DNA of 60,309 bases from Burkholderiaceae bacterium (GCA_039920165.1 JBDSEG010000293.1:1-60309); one strand, 5' to 3'; numbered from the stretch's first letter, positions 16,430-26,257 are shown. Made by a program: numbers and translations. Notes: a model not told the origin generated them from the sequence alone.

Positions 16430-17152
16430 ATGTCGAACCCGAACCGAAGAACCCTCCTGCTGCAATCCGCCGGCCTCGCGCTGGTCACCGCGCTGCCCGT
16501 GAGGGCGCGCGCCGCCGCCATCAAGCCCGATGCCGCGTCGGCGCTGATCGTGGTCGACGTGCAGAACTGCTTCGTCACCGGCGGCACGCTGCCGGTGAAG
16601 CAGGGCGAGGACGTGGTGCCGGTCATCAACAAGCTTGCCAAGGCATTCGAGAATATCGTCGTGACGCAGGACTGGCACACCCCCGGCCACGCCTCGTTCG
16701 CGAGCAGCCATACGGGCAAGAAGCCGTTCGAGACGACCAAGCTCGCGTACGGCACCCAGGTGCTGTGGCCCGACCACTGCGTGCAGGGAACGCCCGACGC
16801 GGCGTTGCACAAGGACCTCGACCTGCCGACCGCGCAGCTCGTCGTGCGCAAGGGCTATCACAAGAATATGGACAGCTATTCGGCTTTCGACGAGGCCGAC
16901 CACAAGACGCCAACCGGACTCTCGGGCTATCTCAAGCAGCGCGGCATCAAGCGCGTCTTCATTACCGGCCTGGCGACCGATTTCTGCGTTGCCTGGACCG
17001 CGATGGATGCGCGCCGCCTCGGCTTCGAGACCTATGTGATTGAGGATGCGACGCGTGCGATCGATCTCAACGGCTCGCTCGCCGCAGCCTGGAAGCAGAT
17101 GGCCGCCAAGGGCGTGAAGCGGATCAAAGCGGCCGATATCGCCGCCGCATAG
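16430..17152 (+). CDS. pncA: Nicotinamidase/pyrazinamidase with twin-arginine signal peptide
   Basis: The ATG at 16430 is preceded by GGAGA. The Tat-like N-terminus is MSNPNRRTLLLQSAGLALVTALPVRARAAA. Isochorismatase-fold motifs are LIVVDVQNCF, DWHTPGHASF, VRKG..., and GLATDFCV (catalytic Cys). Confidence 0.8.
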   Translation: MSNPNRRTLLLQSAGLALVTALPVRARAAAIKPDAASALIVVDVQNCFVTGGTLPVKQGEDVVPVINKLAKAFENIVVTQDWHTPGHASFASSHTGKKPFETTKLAYGTQVLWPDHCVQGTPDAALHKDLDLPTAQLVVRKGYHKNMDSYSAFDEADHKTPTGLSGYLKQRGIKRVFITGLATDFCVAWTAMDARRLGFETYVIEDATRAIDLNGSLAAAWKQMAAKGVKRIKAADIAAA

Positions 17153-17658
17153 TGCAGTCCGATGTGCTCGCCGCGGCGTGGCCCACGCAGCCGTGCTTCG
17201 AGCTGATCGTCAACGGCGTCGCGCATACGCTCGCCGCCGGTCGCGAGGCATCGCTGCTCACCGTGCTGCGCAACGACCTGGGGCTGAACGGTCCGAAATA
17301 CGGTTGCGGACTCGGTGCCTGCGGCGCGTGCATGGTGCTGGTCGACGGCATGGCGGCGCGCGCGTGCGTGATCCCGGCCGCGGGTGTGGCCGGGCGCGCA
17401 ATCACGACCCTCGAAGGACTCGGCGCCCGCACGCATCCGCACCCGGTTCAGCAAGCTTTTATCGATGCGCAGGCGGCGCAGTGCGGCTACTGCCTGAATG
17501 GGATGGTCATGGCAACGGTCGCGCTGCTGGCGCATACGCCACAGCCTACCGAGCCGCAGATCCGCTGCGCGCTGGCCGGCAACCTGTGCCGCTGCGGCAC
17601 GCATGTCGAAATCGTCGAAGCGGTGCGGCGCGCGGCCGATGCGCTGAAGGCGACATGA
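17152..17658 (+). CDS. nicA: Nicotinate dehydrogenase small subunit-like (2Fe-2S)-binding protein
   Basis: Motifs LRNDLGLNGPKYGCGLGACGACMV and AAQCGYCLNGMVM...NLCRCGTH are typical of xanthine dehydrogenase-family small subunits and closely recall P. putida NicA. GTG start at 17152, or at 17164. Confidence 0.8.
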   Translation: MQSDVLAAAWPTQPCFELIVNGVAHTLAAGREASLLTVLRNDLGLNGPKYGCGLGACGACMVLVDGMAARACVIPAAGVAGRAITTLEGLGARTHPHPVQQAFIDAQAAQCGYCLNGMVMATVALLAHTPQPTEPQIRCALAGNLCRCGTHVEIVEAVRRAADALKAT

Positions 17659-20600
17659 CGAGCCGCGGCGCAAATCTGCGCACGCGCAGCGACTTCCTCG
17701 CGGCCGACGGCGTGCTGCTCGTCGTCCGCGATCCGCCGCCCGCGGCGCCGTCGGCACGGGGCCAGCCGCCGGCTACACCGGCCGATCCGGCCGAAGGCGT
17801 CGAGGTGCTGCTCGCGGTCTGGGACGACGCCAGCGTGACCGCGCTGCACGGCCACGTCGATCTCGGCACCGGCATCGCGACCGCACTCGCGCAGTTCGTC
17901 GCCGAGGAACTCGACGTGCCGATGGCCGCGGTGCACATGGTGCTCGGCGATACCGCGCGCGCGCCGAACCAGGGGCCGACGATCGCCAGCGCCTCGATCC
18001 AGGTCCACGCCGCGCCGCTGCGGCTGGCGGCGGCGCAGGCACGGGCCTGCTTGCTGCAGATGGCGGCGCAGGCGCTGGGCCTCGCCGGCGACTCGCTCGA
18101 TGTGCGAGATGGCGCGGTGTACGCGCGCGACGGCCGCTGCGCGGCGTATGCCGATCTGCTGCGCGGGCAGCGACTGCACCTGCGGCTGGATATGGGTACG
18201 CGCGTCAAGGCGCAGCCCGAGCACCGCATCGTCGGCCGGTCGGTGCCGCGCAGCGATATCCCGGCCAAGGCATTCGGCGAACTCGTCTTCGTCCACGATA
18301 TGCGCGCGCCGGGCATGCTGCACGGTCGCGTCGTGCGCCCGCCGTATGCCGGCGCCGACCACGGCGAGTTCATCGGCAATACGCTCGAAGGCGTCGACGA
18401 GACCTCGATCGCGCACCTGCCGGGAATCCGGGCGGTCGTCGTGATCCGCGATTTCGTCGGCGTGGTGACCGAGCGGGAAGAGATCGCCGAGCAGGCCGCT
18501 TTGCTGCTTCGCGTGCGCTGGAGGCCGTGGCCTGGCATGCCGGCACTCGACGATCTCGGCAAGGCGCTGCGCGACAACCCCGCCACGCCACGCCGCCTCG
18601 TCGACGAAGGCGATGTCGATGCCGCCCTGCGCAACGGCGCATCGATCGAGCGCAGCTATACGTGGCCCTACCAGATGCACGCGAGCCTCGGCCCGTCGTG
18701 CGCGCTGGCGCAGTGGCATGGCGAGGGCGAAGCGCCCCCTGTACTCACCGTGTGGGCCGGGACCCAGAGCCCGCACGCGCTGCGTGCCGACCTCGCCAGG
18801 CTCATGGGCGTGGCCGACAGCGCGGTCGAGGTGGTCCGCATGGAAGCCGCCGGCTGCTATGGCCGCAACGGCGCCGACGACGTGGCGGCCGACGCGGCGC
18901 TGCTGTCACGGGCCATCGGCGCGCCGGTGCGGGTGCAACTCTCGCACGAGCAGGAGATGCAGTGGGAGCCCAAGGGCGCGGCGCAGTTCATGACGGTCGC
19001 CGGCGCGCTGGCCGACGACGGCGCGCTCGCGGCCTGGGACTTCTCGACCTCGTACCCGTCGAACGGCGCGCCGACCCTCGCCCTGCTGCTCACGCGGACG
19101 ATCGAGCCCGTCGCGCGCGCCTTCGAGATGGGTGACCGCAGCGCGCGCCCGCCCTACCGCGTGCCGAACCTGCGCGTCACGGTCAACGACATGGCGCCGA
19201 TCCTGCGCGCCTCGTGGCTGCGCGGCGTCTCGGCGCTGCCGAACGCATTCGCGCACGAGTCTTATGTCGACGAACTGGCGACGCAGGCCGGCGCCGATCC
19301 GCTCGCCTACCGGTTGCGCCACCTCGACGACACGCGTGCCGCCGAGCTGCTGCGCGCCACCGCCGTGCGCGCCGGCTGGGTGCCGCACAACGCGCCGCTG
19401 CAGAAGGCGTCCACCGGCGACTGGCTGCACGGCCAGGGCGTGGCACAGGCGCGCTATGTGCACAGCCAGTGGCCAGGCTTCGGCGCGGCGTGGTCGGCGT
19501 GGATCGCCGATGTCGATGTCAACAGGACGACCGGCGATGTCTACGTCAAACGCGTCGTCGTTGGCCATGACGCCGGCCTCGTCGTCAACCCGGCCGGTCT
19601 GCAGCACCAGGTGCACGGCAATGTCATCCAGACCACGAGCCGGGCGTTGCGCGAGCGGGTCGAAGTCGATGACGCGCGCGGCGGCGTCGTCGCGAACCGC
19701 GAATGGGGCAGCTACCCGATCCTCAGCTTTCGCGAGGTGCCGGTGATCGAGGTGGTCTCGATGCCGCGCCCGGGCGAGCCGCCGCTGGGCGCGGGCGAAT
19801 CGGCGTCGGTACCGGGCACTGCGGCGATCGCCAATGCGATCTTCGATGCCACCGGGGTGCGCTTTCGCGAACCACCGTTCACGCCCGAGGTGGTCCGCGC
19901 GGCGCTGAATCCGCCGACCTTCCGCGCCGATGCCGCCGCGCCGCCACCGCATCCCGCCGCAGCCGACCCCGTGTGGCCATCGCGCGGTGGCCGCTGGACG
20001 CGCGTCGCAGCGCTGCTGGCGGGCATCGTCGGCGTGGGCGCCGCACTGCTCGGCGGACGCGCCGCGATCGCGCCGGTCGCGGCCGGCCATGCATCGATCT
20101 ATACGCCCGAGACGATAGAGCGCGGCGAGCGCCTGGCCGCGCTCGGCGACTGTGCCGGCTGCCATACCGTGCCCGGCGGGGCGCGCAACGTCGGGGGCCT
20201 GCCGATCGCCACACCCTTCGGCGCCGTCTACTCGACCAACCTCACGCCGGACCCGGATACCGGCATCGGCGGGTGGTCGTTCAGCGCCTTCCAGCGAGCG
20301 ATGCGCGAAGGCATCTCGCGCGACGGGCACCACCTGTACCCGGCGTTCCCGTACCCGTCGTTCACGCGCATGACCGACTCCGACCTGACCGACTTGTATG
20401 CCTACCTCATGGCGCAGCCCGCCGTGCGTACCGACGTGCATCGCACCGCCCTGGCGTTCCCGTTCGGCGTGCGCCCGTTGATGGCGCTGTGGAACGGACT
20501 CTCCCTCGCGACCGGTGCTGCCGTTGCCACTGCGGCTGCCGTGCCGTCGGGGTCGGCGCAATGGCAGCGTGGCGAATATCTCGTCACCGGCGTGGGCCAC

Positions 20601-21287
20601 TGCGGTGCCTGCCACACCGCGCGCGATGCGCTCGGCGCCGAGCGGCCGGGCAAAGCCTTCCTGGCCGGCGCGATGGTCGACGGCTGGGAGGCGCCGGCGC
20701 TCACCTCGCAAACACGCGCACCGGTTGCATGGACCGAAGCGGCCTTCTACGACTATCTGCGCCATGGCCACAGCGCGCTGCACGGCACGGCGACCGGCCC
20801 GATGGCGACGGTGGTGCGCGAACTCGGCCCGGCGTCCGATGCCGACGTGCGCGCCATGGCGACCTACCTCGCTTCGTTCAACCCGCCACAAGGCGATGCC
20901 GACGCGGCCGCGGCGGCACAGCGCGCCGTTGCCACTGCGCAATCCCACGCGCCTTCGCCCGACGCCGCGCAGCGCATGTTCCAGACCGCCTGCGGTGCCT
21001 GCCATCACGACGGCGACGGCCCGCGCGGGCTCGGCGTCAACGTGCCGCTGGCGCTCACGAGCAAGCTGCACGCAGACCGGCCCGACAACCTGCTGCGCGT
21101 CATCCTCGACGGCGTGCGCGAACCGGCCTCGCGCGAGATCGGCTTCATGCCGGCATTCCGCGATCACCTCGAAGACCGGCAGATCGCCGCGCTCGCCGCC
21201 TATATGCGGCTGCGCTTTGCTCCCGGCCGGCCGGCGTGGAGCGATCTCGAAGGTGCGGTGACGAAGCTGCGCGCTGTACGGCATTGA
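17655..21287 (+). CDS. nicB: Nicotinate dehydrogenase large subunit-like: molybdopterin-binding domains + TM helix + three cytochrome c motifs
   Basis: The ATG at 17655 overlaps the nicA stop (ATGA), giving 1210 aa. Aldehyde oxidase/XDH-type MoCo domains are present. A hydrophobic helix WTRVAALLAGIVGVGAALLGG follows. Three CxxCH motifs occur at nt 20151 (CAGCH), 20601 (CGACH) and 20991 (CGACH). This is the same architecture as recalled for P. putida NicB. Confidence 0.8.
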   Translation: MTSRGANLRTRSDFLAADGVLLVVRDPPPAAPSARGQPPATPADPAEGVEVLLAVWDDASVTALHGHVDLGTGIATALAQFVAEELDVPMAAVHMVLGDTARAPNQGPTIASASIQVHAAPLRLAAAQARACLLQMAAQALGLAGDSLDVRDGAVYARDGRCAAYADLLRGQRLHLRLDMGTRVKAQPEHRIVGRSVPRSDIPAKAFGELVFVHDMRAPGMLHGRVVRPPYAGADHGEFIGNTLEGVDETSIAHLPGIRAVVVIRDFVGVVTEREEIAEQAALLLRVRWRPWPGMPALDDLGKALRDNPATPRRLVDEGDVDAALRNGASIERSYTWPYQMHASLGPSCALAQWHGEGEAPPVLTVWAGTQSPHALRADLARLMGVADSAVEVVRMEAAGCYGRNGADDVAADAALLSRAIGAPVRVQLSHEQEMQWEPKGAAQFMTVAGALADDGALAAWDFSTSYPSNGAPTLALLLTRTIEPVARAFEMGDRSARPPYRVPNLRVTVNDMAPILRASWLRGVSALPNAFAHESYVDELATQAGADPLAYRLRHLDDTRAAELLRATAVRAGWVPHNAPLQKASTGDWLHGQGVAQARYVHSQWPGFGAAWSAWIADVDVNRTTGDVYVKRVVVGHDAGLVVNPAGLQHQVHGNVIQTTSRALRERVEVDDARGGVVANREWGSYPILSFREVPVIEVVSMPRPGEPPLGAGESASVPGTAAIANAIFDATGVRFREPPFTPEVVRAALNPPTFRADAAAPPPHPAAADPVWPSRGGRWTRVAALLAGIVGVGAALLGGRAAIAPVAAGHASIYTPETIERGERLAALGDCAGCHTVPGGARNVGGLPIATPFGAVYSTNLTPDPDTGIGGWSFSAFQRAMREGISRDGHHLYPAFPYPSFTRMTDSDLTDLYAYLMAQPAVRTDVHRTALAFPFGVRPLMALWNGLSLATGAAVATAAAVPSGSAQWQRGEYLVTGVGHCGACHTARDALGAERPGKAFLAGAMVDGWEAPALTSQTRAPVAWTEAAFYDYLRHGHSALHGTATGPMATVVRELGPASDADVRAMATYLASFNPPQGDADAAAAAQRAVATAQSHAPSPDAAQRMFQTACGACHHDGDGPRGLGVNVPLALTSKLHADRPDNLLRVILDGVREPASREIGFMPAFRDHLEDRQIAALAAYMRLRFAPGRPAWSDLEGAVTKLRAVRH

Positions 21288-21348
21288 CCGCCGGCACGGT
21301 GCGCGGCATGCTCTTCGCCCTCGCTTCGTCCGCTCAAGGAGACCCTCC

Positions 21349-22023
21349 ATGAAGCTCTACTGCCACCCCGCCTCGACCACCAGCCGCACGGTGATGATGT
21401 TCGCCGCGAACGAAGGAATCGATCTGCACTATCAGGTCGTCGACATCTTCACCGGCGAGCACATGCAGCCGCCGTACGCCGCCGTCAATCCGAGCAAGAT
21501 GGTGCCGGTGCTGGAAGACGGCGACTTCCGCCTGACCGAGTGCTCGGCCATCCTCAAATATCTGGCCGATGTGAAAGGCTCGGCGGCCTACCCGAAAGAC
21601 CTCAAGCAGCGCGCCCGCGTCAACGAGACGATGGACTGGTTCAATACCAATCTGTACCGCGACCTGGCCTACGGCGTGGTCTACCCGCAGGCCTTCCCGC
21701 ACCACAAGCGGCCGGGCGACGACCTGCAGGCCGGCACCCTCGCCTGGCACAACGAACGCGCGCGCGGCTGGCTCGCCATCCTCGACCGCAACCTGATCGG
21801 CGCGCAGCGCCCCTACCTGTGCGGCAACGCGATCAGCATCGCCGACTATCTGGGTGCCGAGATGGTGGGCGCCGGAGAACTGATCGGCTGCGACTACGCC
21901 GCCTACCCGAACGTGCAGCGCTGGATGAAGAATATGAAGGCGCTGCCGGCGTGGAAGCAGGTTCACGAAGTCTTCGACGGCTTTGCCGGATCGCTCAAAG
22001 GCAAGGCTTTCGTGACGGTCTGA
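21349..22023 (+). CDS. Glutathione S-transferase family protein
   Basis: 224 aa. The thioredoxin-like N-domain has VPVLEDGDFRLTECSAILKYL, followed by an alpha-helical C-domain. An AAGGAG RBS is present. Confidence 0.8.
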   Translation: MKLYCHPASTTSRTVMMFAANEGIDLHYQVVDIFTGEHMQPPYAAVNPSKMVPVLEDGDFRLTECSAILKYLADVKGSAAYPKDLKQRARVNETMDWFNTNLYRDLAYGVVYPQAFPHHKRPGDDLQAGTLAWHNERARGWLAILDRNLIGAQRPYLCGNAISIADYLGAEMVGAGELIGCDYAAYPNVQRWMKNMKALPAWKQVHEVFDGFAGSLKGKAFVTV

Positions 22024-22039
22024 AGCGCGACCCGGCGCT

Positions 22040-22939
22040 ATGACGAATCTGGAGCAGCTCTTCCCCGGTGCACGGCAGCGGCGCATCGAGACCGAACCCG
22101 GCATCGAGATCGCCGCGCTCGTCACCGGCACCGGTCCGCCGCTGCTGCTGCTGCACGGCCACCCGCAGACGCGCGCGATCTGGCACAAGGTCGCGCCGGT
22201 CCTCGCGCAGCGCTTCACGCTCGTCGCCACCGACCTGCGCGGCTATGGCGATTCGAGCAAGCCCGAAGGCGCGAGCGACCACGCCAACTATTCGAAGCGG
22301 ACCTTGGCGCGCGACCAGATCGTAGCGATGCGTGCGCTCGGCTTCGATCGCTTCGACGTGCTCGCGCACGACCGCGGTGCGCGCGTCGCGCACCGTCTCG
22401 CGCTCGACCATCCGGCTGCGGTTCGGCGGATGATGCTGCTCGATATCGCCCCGACATTGGCGATGTACGAGCAGACCAGCGAAGCCTTCGCACGCGCCTA
22501 CTGGCACTGGTTCTTCCTTATCCAGCCTGCGCGCCTGCCCGAGCGGCTGATCGAGGCCGATCCGAGCGCCTACCTGCACGACATCATGGGCCGGCGCAGC
22601 GCCGGCCTCGGTCCGTTCGATCCGCTAGCCTTTGGCGAATACGAGCGCTGCCTGGCGCTGCCCGGCGCGGCGCACGCCACCTGCGAGGACTACCGCGCCG
22701 CCGCCTCGATCGACCTCGAGCACGACCGCTGCGACCGCAGTGCCGGCCGCCAGCTCGAGCTGCCGCTGCGGGTGCTGTGGGGCGCCGACGGCGTGATCCA
22801 GCGCTGCTTCCAGCCGCTTGACGAATGGCGCCGCGTGGCCCGCCAGGTCAGTGGCGCCGCGCTGCCCTGCGGCCACTACATCGCCGAGCAGGCGCCGCAG
22901 TTATTGATCGACGAGGCGCTGGCCTTCTTCACGGCCTGA
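22040..22939 (+). CDS. Alpha/beta hydrolase, haloacetate (fluoroacetate) dehalogenase / epoxide hydrolase-like
   Basis: Motifs [30 protein letters not shown], the nucleophile elbow AHDRGARV and YWHWFFL. Confidence 0.7.
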   Translation: MTNLEQLFPGARQRRIETEPGIEIAALVTGTGPPLLLLHGHPQTRAIWHKVAPVLAQRFTLVATDLRGYGDSSKPEGASDHANYSKRTLARDQIVAMRALGFDRFDVLAHDRGARVAHRLALDHPAAVRRMMLLDIAPTLAMYEQTSEAFARAYWHWFFLIQPARLPERLIEADPSAYLHDIMGRRSAGLGPFDPLAFGEYERCLALPGAAHATCEDYRAAASIDLEHDRCDRSAGRQLELPLRVLWGADGVIQRCFQPLDEWRRVARQVSGAALPCGHYIAEQAPQLLIDEALAFFTA

Positions 22940-24116
22940 CGTTGAAGACCTGGCGCAGGTAGGCCAGAAATGTCTGGTCGTCGCACATCGTCTTGCCCGG
23001 GCTGTCCGACAGTTTGGCCACCGGCTGGCCGTTGCAGTGGGTCAGCTTCATCACGATGCCGATCGGCGTCTGGCCCACATCGTTCGTGATGTGCGTGCCG
23101 ATCCCGAAGCCGAGCTGGGTCCGGTCGGCGAAGTGGCGGTACAGCGCCCTGGCACGCTCGAAATCCAGGCCGTCGGAGAAGACGAGCCGCTTGGTATGCG
23201 CGTCGATGCGCAGCCGCGCGTAGTGCGCAAGCGCCTTTTCGCCCCACACCACCGGATCGCCCGAATCATGGCGCAGGCCGTCGAATAGCTTGGCGAAATA
23301 GAGGTCGAAGTCGGCGATGAAGGCATCCATGCCGACGACGTCGGTAAGCGCCACGCCGAGGTCGCCGCGGTATTCCTGGACCCAGCCTTCGAGCGCGGCG
23401 CGCTGGAAGTCGCGCAGGCGTACGCCCAGAGCCTGGTAGCTCTGCAGATATTCGTGCGCCATGGTGCCGATGGGCACCAGGTCGAGGTCGCGCGCCAGCA
23501 GCACGTTCGACGTGCCCTTGAAATATTCGGGGATCTCGCGCTTGAGCGTGGCGACCACTTCGCGCTGCCAGTCTCCCGAGAAACGCCGGCGCACGCCGAA
23601 GTCGAAAAATTCGAACGGATGGCGGCGCGCTGGCTCGTTACCGAATTCGCGCAGCTGGTCGATCTTCTCGGCCAGTCGGCGACGGCCGTCGACGCGCGCC
23701 GCAGGAGCATCGAAGCGGCGGAAGTAGAGCTCGTTGACGATCGCAAGCACGAAGATCTCGAACGCCATCACGTGCACCTGCGGACCGCGCGCGATGATCT
23801 CGAGGTCGGGACCGACCGCGCGCGCGCTGATGAAGCCGCGCTGGAAATGGAAGATCTGCAGGAAGTCGACGAAGTCGGACTTGATGAAGCGCAGCCCGCG
23901 CAGGTAAGCCAGTTCGTCGGGTGCGAACTGCAGCCGGCACAGATGGTCGAGCTGCGCATTCATCTCGTCCGCCAGTTCGGCCAGCGGATGCGCCGGCCGG
24001 TTGCGACATACGAAGGTGTACTCGGCCTGGGTCTGCGGATGACGATGCAACATCGTCTGCCACATCGTGAACTTGTACAGGTCGGTATCGAGCAGGCTCG
24101 TGATGACGGGTTGCAT
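22929..24116 (-). CDS. pncB: Nicotinate phosphoribosyltransferase
   Basis: Motifs [31 protein letters not shown] and GIGTHITND. 395 aa. Confidence 0.9.
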   Translation of the reverse strand: MQPVITSLLDTDLYKFTMWQTMLHRHPQTQAEYTFVCRNRPAHPLAELADEMNAQLDHLCRLQFAPDELAYLRGLRFIKSDFVDFLQIFHFQRGFISARAVGPDLEIIARGPQVHVMAFEIFVLAIVNELYFRRFDAPAARVDGRRRLAEKIDQLREFGNEPARRHPFEFFDFGVRRRFSGDWQREVVATLKREIPEYFKGTSNVLLARDLDLVPIGTMAHEYLQSYQALGVRLRDFQRAALEGWVQEYRGDLGVALTDVVGMDAFIADFDLYFAKLFDGLRHDSGDPVVWGEKALAHYARLRIDAHTKRLVFSDGLDFERARALYRHFADRTQLGFGIGTHITNDVGQTPIGIVMKLTHCNGQPVAKLSDSPGKTMCDDQTFLAYLRQVFNVRP

Positions 24117-24222
24117 GGTGTCCTTTACCCGCGGCGCCGGGGCGCGGCGATGATAGACCGGTGCCGTCGACGGGCATGCGATTTGCTGCGGTTCCGGTTC
24201 TCAAACGCTCCCGGAGATTGAT

Positions 24223-24675
24223 GTGCACCCGTACCTGCGCTTTGCCGCGATGATCGCAACCTCGACGCTCGTGATGTTCGGGCTGATGTACCTGAACACT
24301 TTCGAACTCGACCATGTGACGTACAGCGAGACACGCGCTTACATGGCATTGCTGATGGGCGCCGTGATGGCGCTCGTGATGCTCGCGTTCATGGGACACA
24401 TGCTCGAGAACCGGGCCGCCAATGCCGGCATCGTGGTCGCGAGCGTCGCCGTCTTCGCGCTGTCGCTGTGGCTCGTGCGCAGCCAGCGCACGGTAGAGGA
24501 CGTGTCTTACATGAAGGCGATGATCCCGCACCACTCGATCGCGATCATGACGAGCCGCCGGGCCGGGATCGTCGATCCGCGCGTGCGCAAGCTGGCCGAC
24601 GGCATCATCGAAGCTCAGGTCCGCGAGATCGGGCAGATGAAGTCGTTGATCGCCGACCTGCAGGGCAAACGATGA
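24223..24675 (+). CDS. DUF305-domain membrane protein
   Basis: GTG start with GGAG 6 nt upstream. Three predicted TM helices are followed by MKAMIPHHSIAIMTS...IIEAQVREIGQMKSLI (DUF305 signature as recalled). Confidence 0.65.
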   Translation: MHPYLRFAAMIATSTLVMFGLMYLNTFELDHVTYSETRAYMALLMGAVMALVMLAFMGHMLENRAANAGIVVASVAVFALSLWLVRSQRTVEDVSYMKAMIPHHSIAIMTSRRAGIVDPRVRKLADGIIEAQVREIGQMKSLIADLQGKR

Positions 24676-24793
24676 GGTGAACGGGGCTGCCGTCGCGGAC
24701 GGTCGCCGCCCGATAGCGCCGCTTCGAGGGCCGAGCCGCTATCCTGCGCCGCACGGGCGCGGTGTCGCCGGCAACCTCCTTGAAGGGCACGGC

Positions 24794-26251
24794 ATGACAT
24801 CGACGTCGCTTCCGCTGCGCTGGATCTACACCGTGCCGACGCCGCTGGGCGATACCGAGTCCCGCATCGAACTCGACGACGATGCGTTGCGCTTCTACTC
24901 CGACGATCCGATGGGCCCGGGTGACCAGACGCTGCGCTGGGACGCGATCGACGCCGGCGGGACCGCCGCGATGCAGGGCATGGGTGGGCGCGGCGCCCCC
25001 CAGATGGCGCGATGGATCCCGGCCCGGCTCGAATGGCTGCTCGTATCGCACCGCGTCGGCACCGTGACCGGCGGTCGTGCCCCACCCGCCGCGCCCGGCT
25101 TCATGCGCGTGCTGCCGCAGGGCGCTGACCGCGCGGCCATCGTGGCGGCGGTGCGCGGGCGCCTGGGCACGCGCTGGATCGGCGAGCAGGTGCCGCTGCT
25201 CGAAGCGCAGAAGCGGCTCGGGATCGCACCCGACGCCATGAGCCAGGCCAAGGTCTGGGGCATCGTCGTCGCGGTCATGGCCGCGCTGGTCGGGTTGATC
25301 CTGCTGATGGGGATCCTGCTGCATCCGGTCATCTCGGTGCCAGCCGGCTTCGCGTTCGGCGGCTGGATCTTCCGCAAGGGCCTGGTCGGCCTGCGCGATG
25401 CCATTGCCGTCGCCAACACGCCGACCGCCAAGGCGTCGAGCGCGGCGATCGGCCGGGTCGAGCTCGAGGGGCGCGCGATCACCGAGCGTCCGGTCGCGTC
25501 CGGCATCACGGCCCGGCCCAGCGTGTGGTGGGACGTCGCGGTCTACCTCTGGTACGAGGACGGACACGGCCACGGCGATGGCGAGTGGGAGCAGGTCGCT
25601 GCGCGCTGGGGCGGCAACATCGACGTCGTCACCCTCGAGGACGATACCGGCCGGCTGCCGGTGTGGCTGTACGACGCTGACCTGCTGCTCGAAACTCAGA
25701 TCTGGAAGTCCGACCGCGACACGCTGCCGCCGGCCGGCGCGGCGCTGCTCGACGAGCTGGGCTTTCCGTTCAATGGCACGCGCTTGATGCGGGTGTCCGA
25801 ACGGTGCGTGGAGGCCGGCGGCACGCTCTATGTGCTGGGCACCCTGGGCATCCGCCGCCAGGTGCCGCCGGCGTCGGAAGCCAGCGCCCTCGACAAGCTG
25901 GTCCGACTGTGGCGCAGCGGGCGCTGGAAGCGCGAACTGGTGGCGGCCTTCCCGCGCCCGATGCGCATCGTGGTGGCGGTGCTGATCGGCTACCTCGACA
26001 TGATGGTCAAGCTGGGCCAGGGCGGCGAGCGGCCCGAGCGCGCCGAGGCTGGCGAGGAGCCGCCGCCGATGGCGCCGGATGCGACACTGGTGTGGAAGGG
26101 CCGCGACGGTCACCCCTTCCTGGTCTCGAACCGGCCCGAGACCGCCGCACTGGCGGCGCTGCGACGTCGCTCGCTCATGCTGTGCGCGGTCGGCATCGGC
26201 GTCATGTGCTACGCGCTCTACGCGCTGGTGGACGCCGTGTTCGGACGGTGA
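24794..26251 (+). CDS. GIDE-like (bacterial homologue of the MUL1/GIDE domain) membrane protein with a ~170-aa N-terminal extension
   Basis: The ATG at 24794 (MTSTSLPLRW) is internal to the track ORF. It has TM pair VWGIVVAVMAALVGLILLMGILL / VPAGFAFGGWIF, a GIDE-like core VELEGRAI...WWDVAVYLW...VVTLEDDTGRLPVWL...ERCVEAGGTLYVLG, and a C-terminal TM helix. Confidence 0.55.
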   Translation: MTSTSLPLRWIYTVPTPLGDTESRIELDDDALRFYSDDPMGPGDQTLRWDAIDAGGTAAMQGMGGRGAPQMARWIPARLEWLLVSHRVGTVTGGRAPPAAPGFMRVLPQGADRAAIVAAVRGRLGTRWIGEQVPLLEAQKRLGIAPDAMSQAKVWGIVVAVMAALVGLILLMGILLHPVISVPAGFAFGGWIFRKGLVGLRDAIAVANTPTAKASSAAIGRVELEGRAITERPVASGITARPSVWWDVAVYLWYEDGHGHGDGEWEQVAARWGGNIDVVTLEDDTGRLPVWLYDADLLLETQIWKSDRDTLPPAGAALLDELGFPFNGTRLMRVSERCVEAGGTLYVLGTLGIRRQVPPASEASALDKLVRLWRSGRWKRELVAAFPRPMRIVVAVLIGYLDMMVKLGQGGERPERAEAGEEPPPMAPDATLVWKGRDGHPFLVSNRPETAALAALRRRSLMLCAVGIGVMCYALYALVDAVFGR

Positions 26252-26257
26252 GCTGGC

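Noticed and set aside
18906-21350. 814-aa minus-strand ORF, plus several 200-550-aa ORFs over nicB (e.g. 17487..18776, 19703..21352)
   Set aside because: The plus frame starting at 17655 carries MoCo-domain and three in-frame CxxCH motifs. The alternatives are low-complexity shadows.
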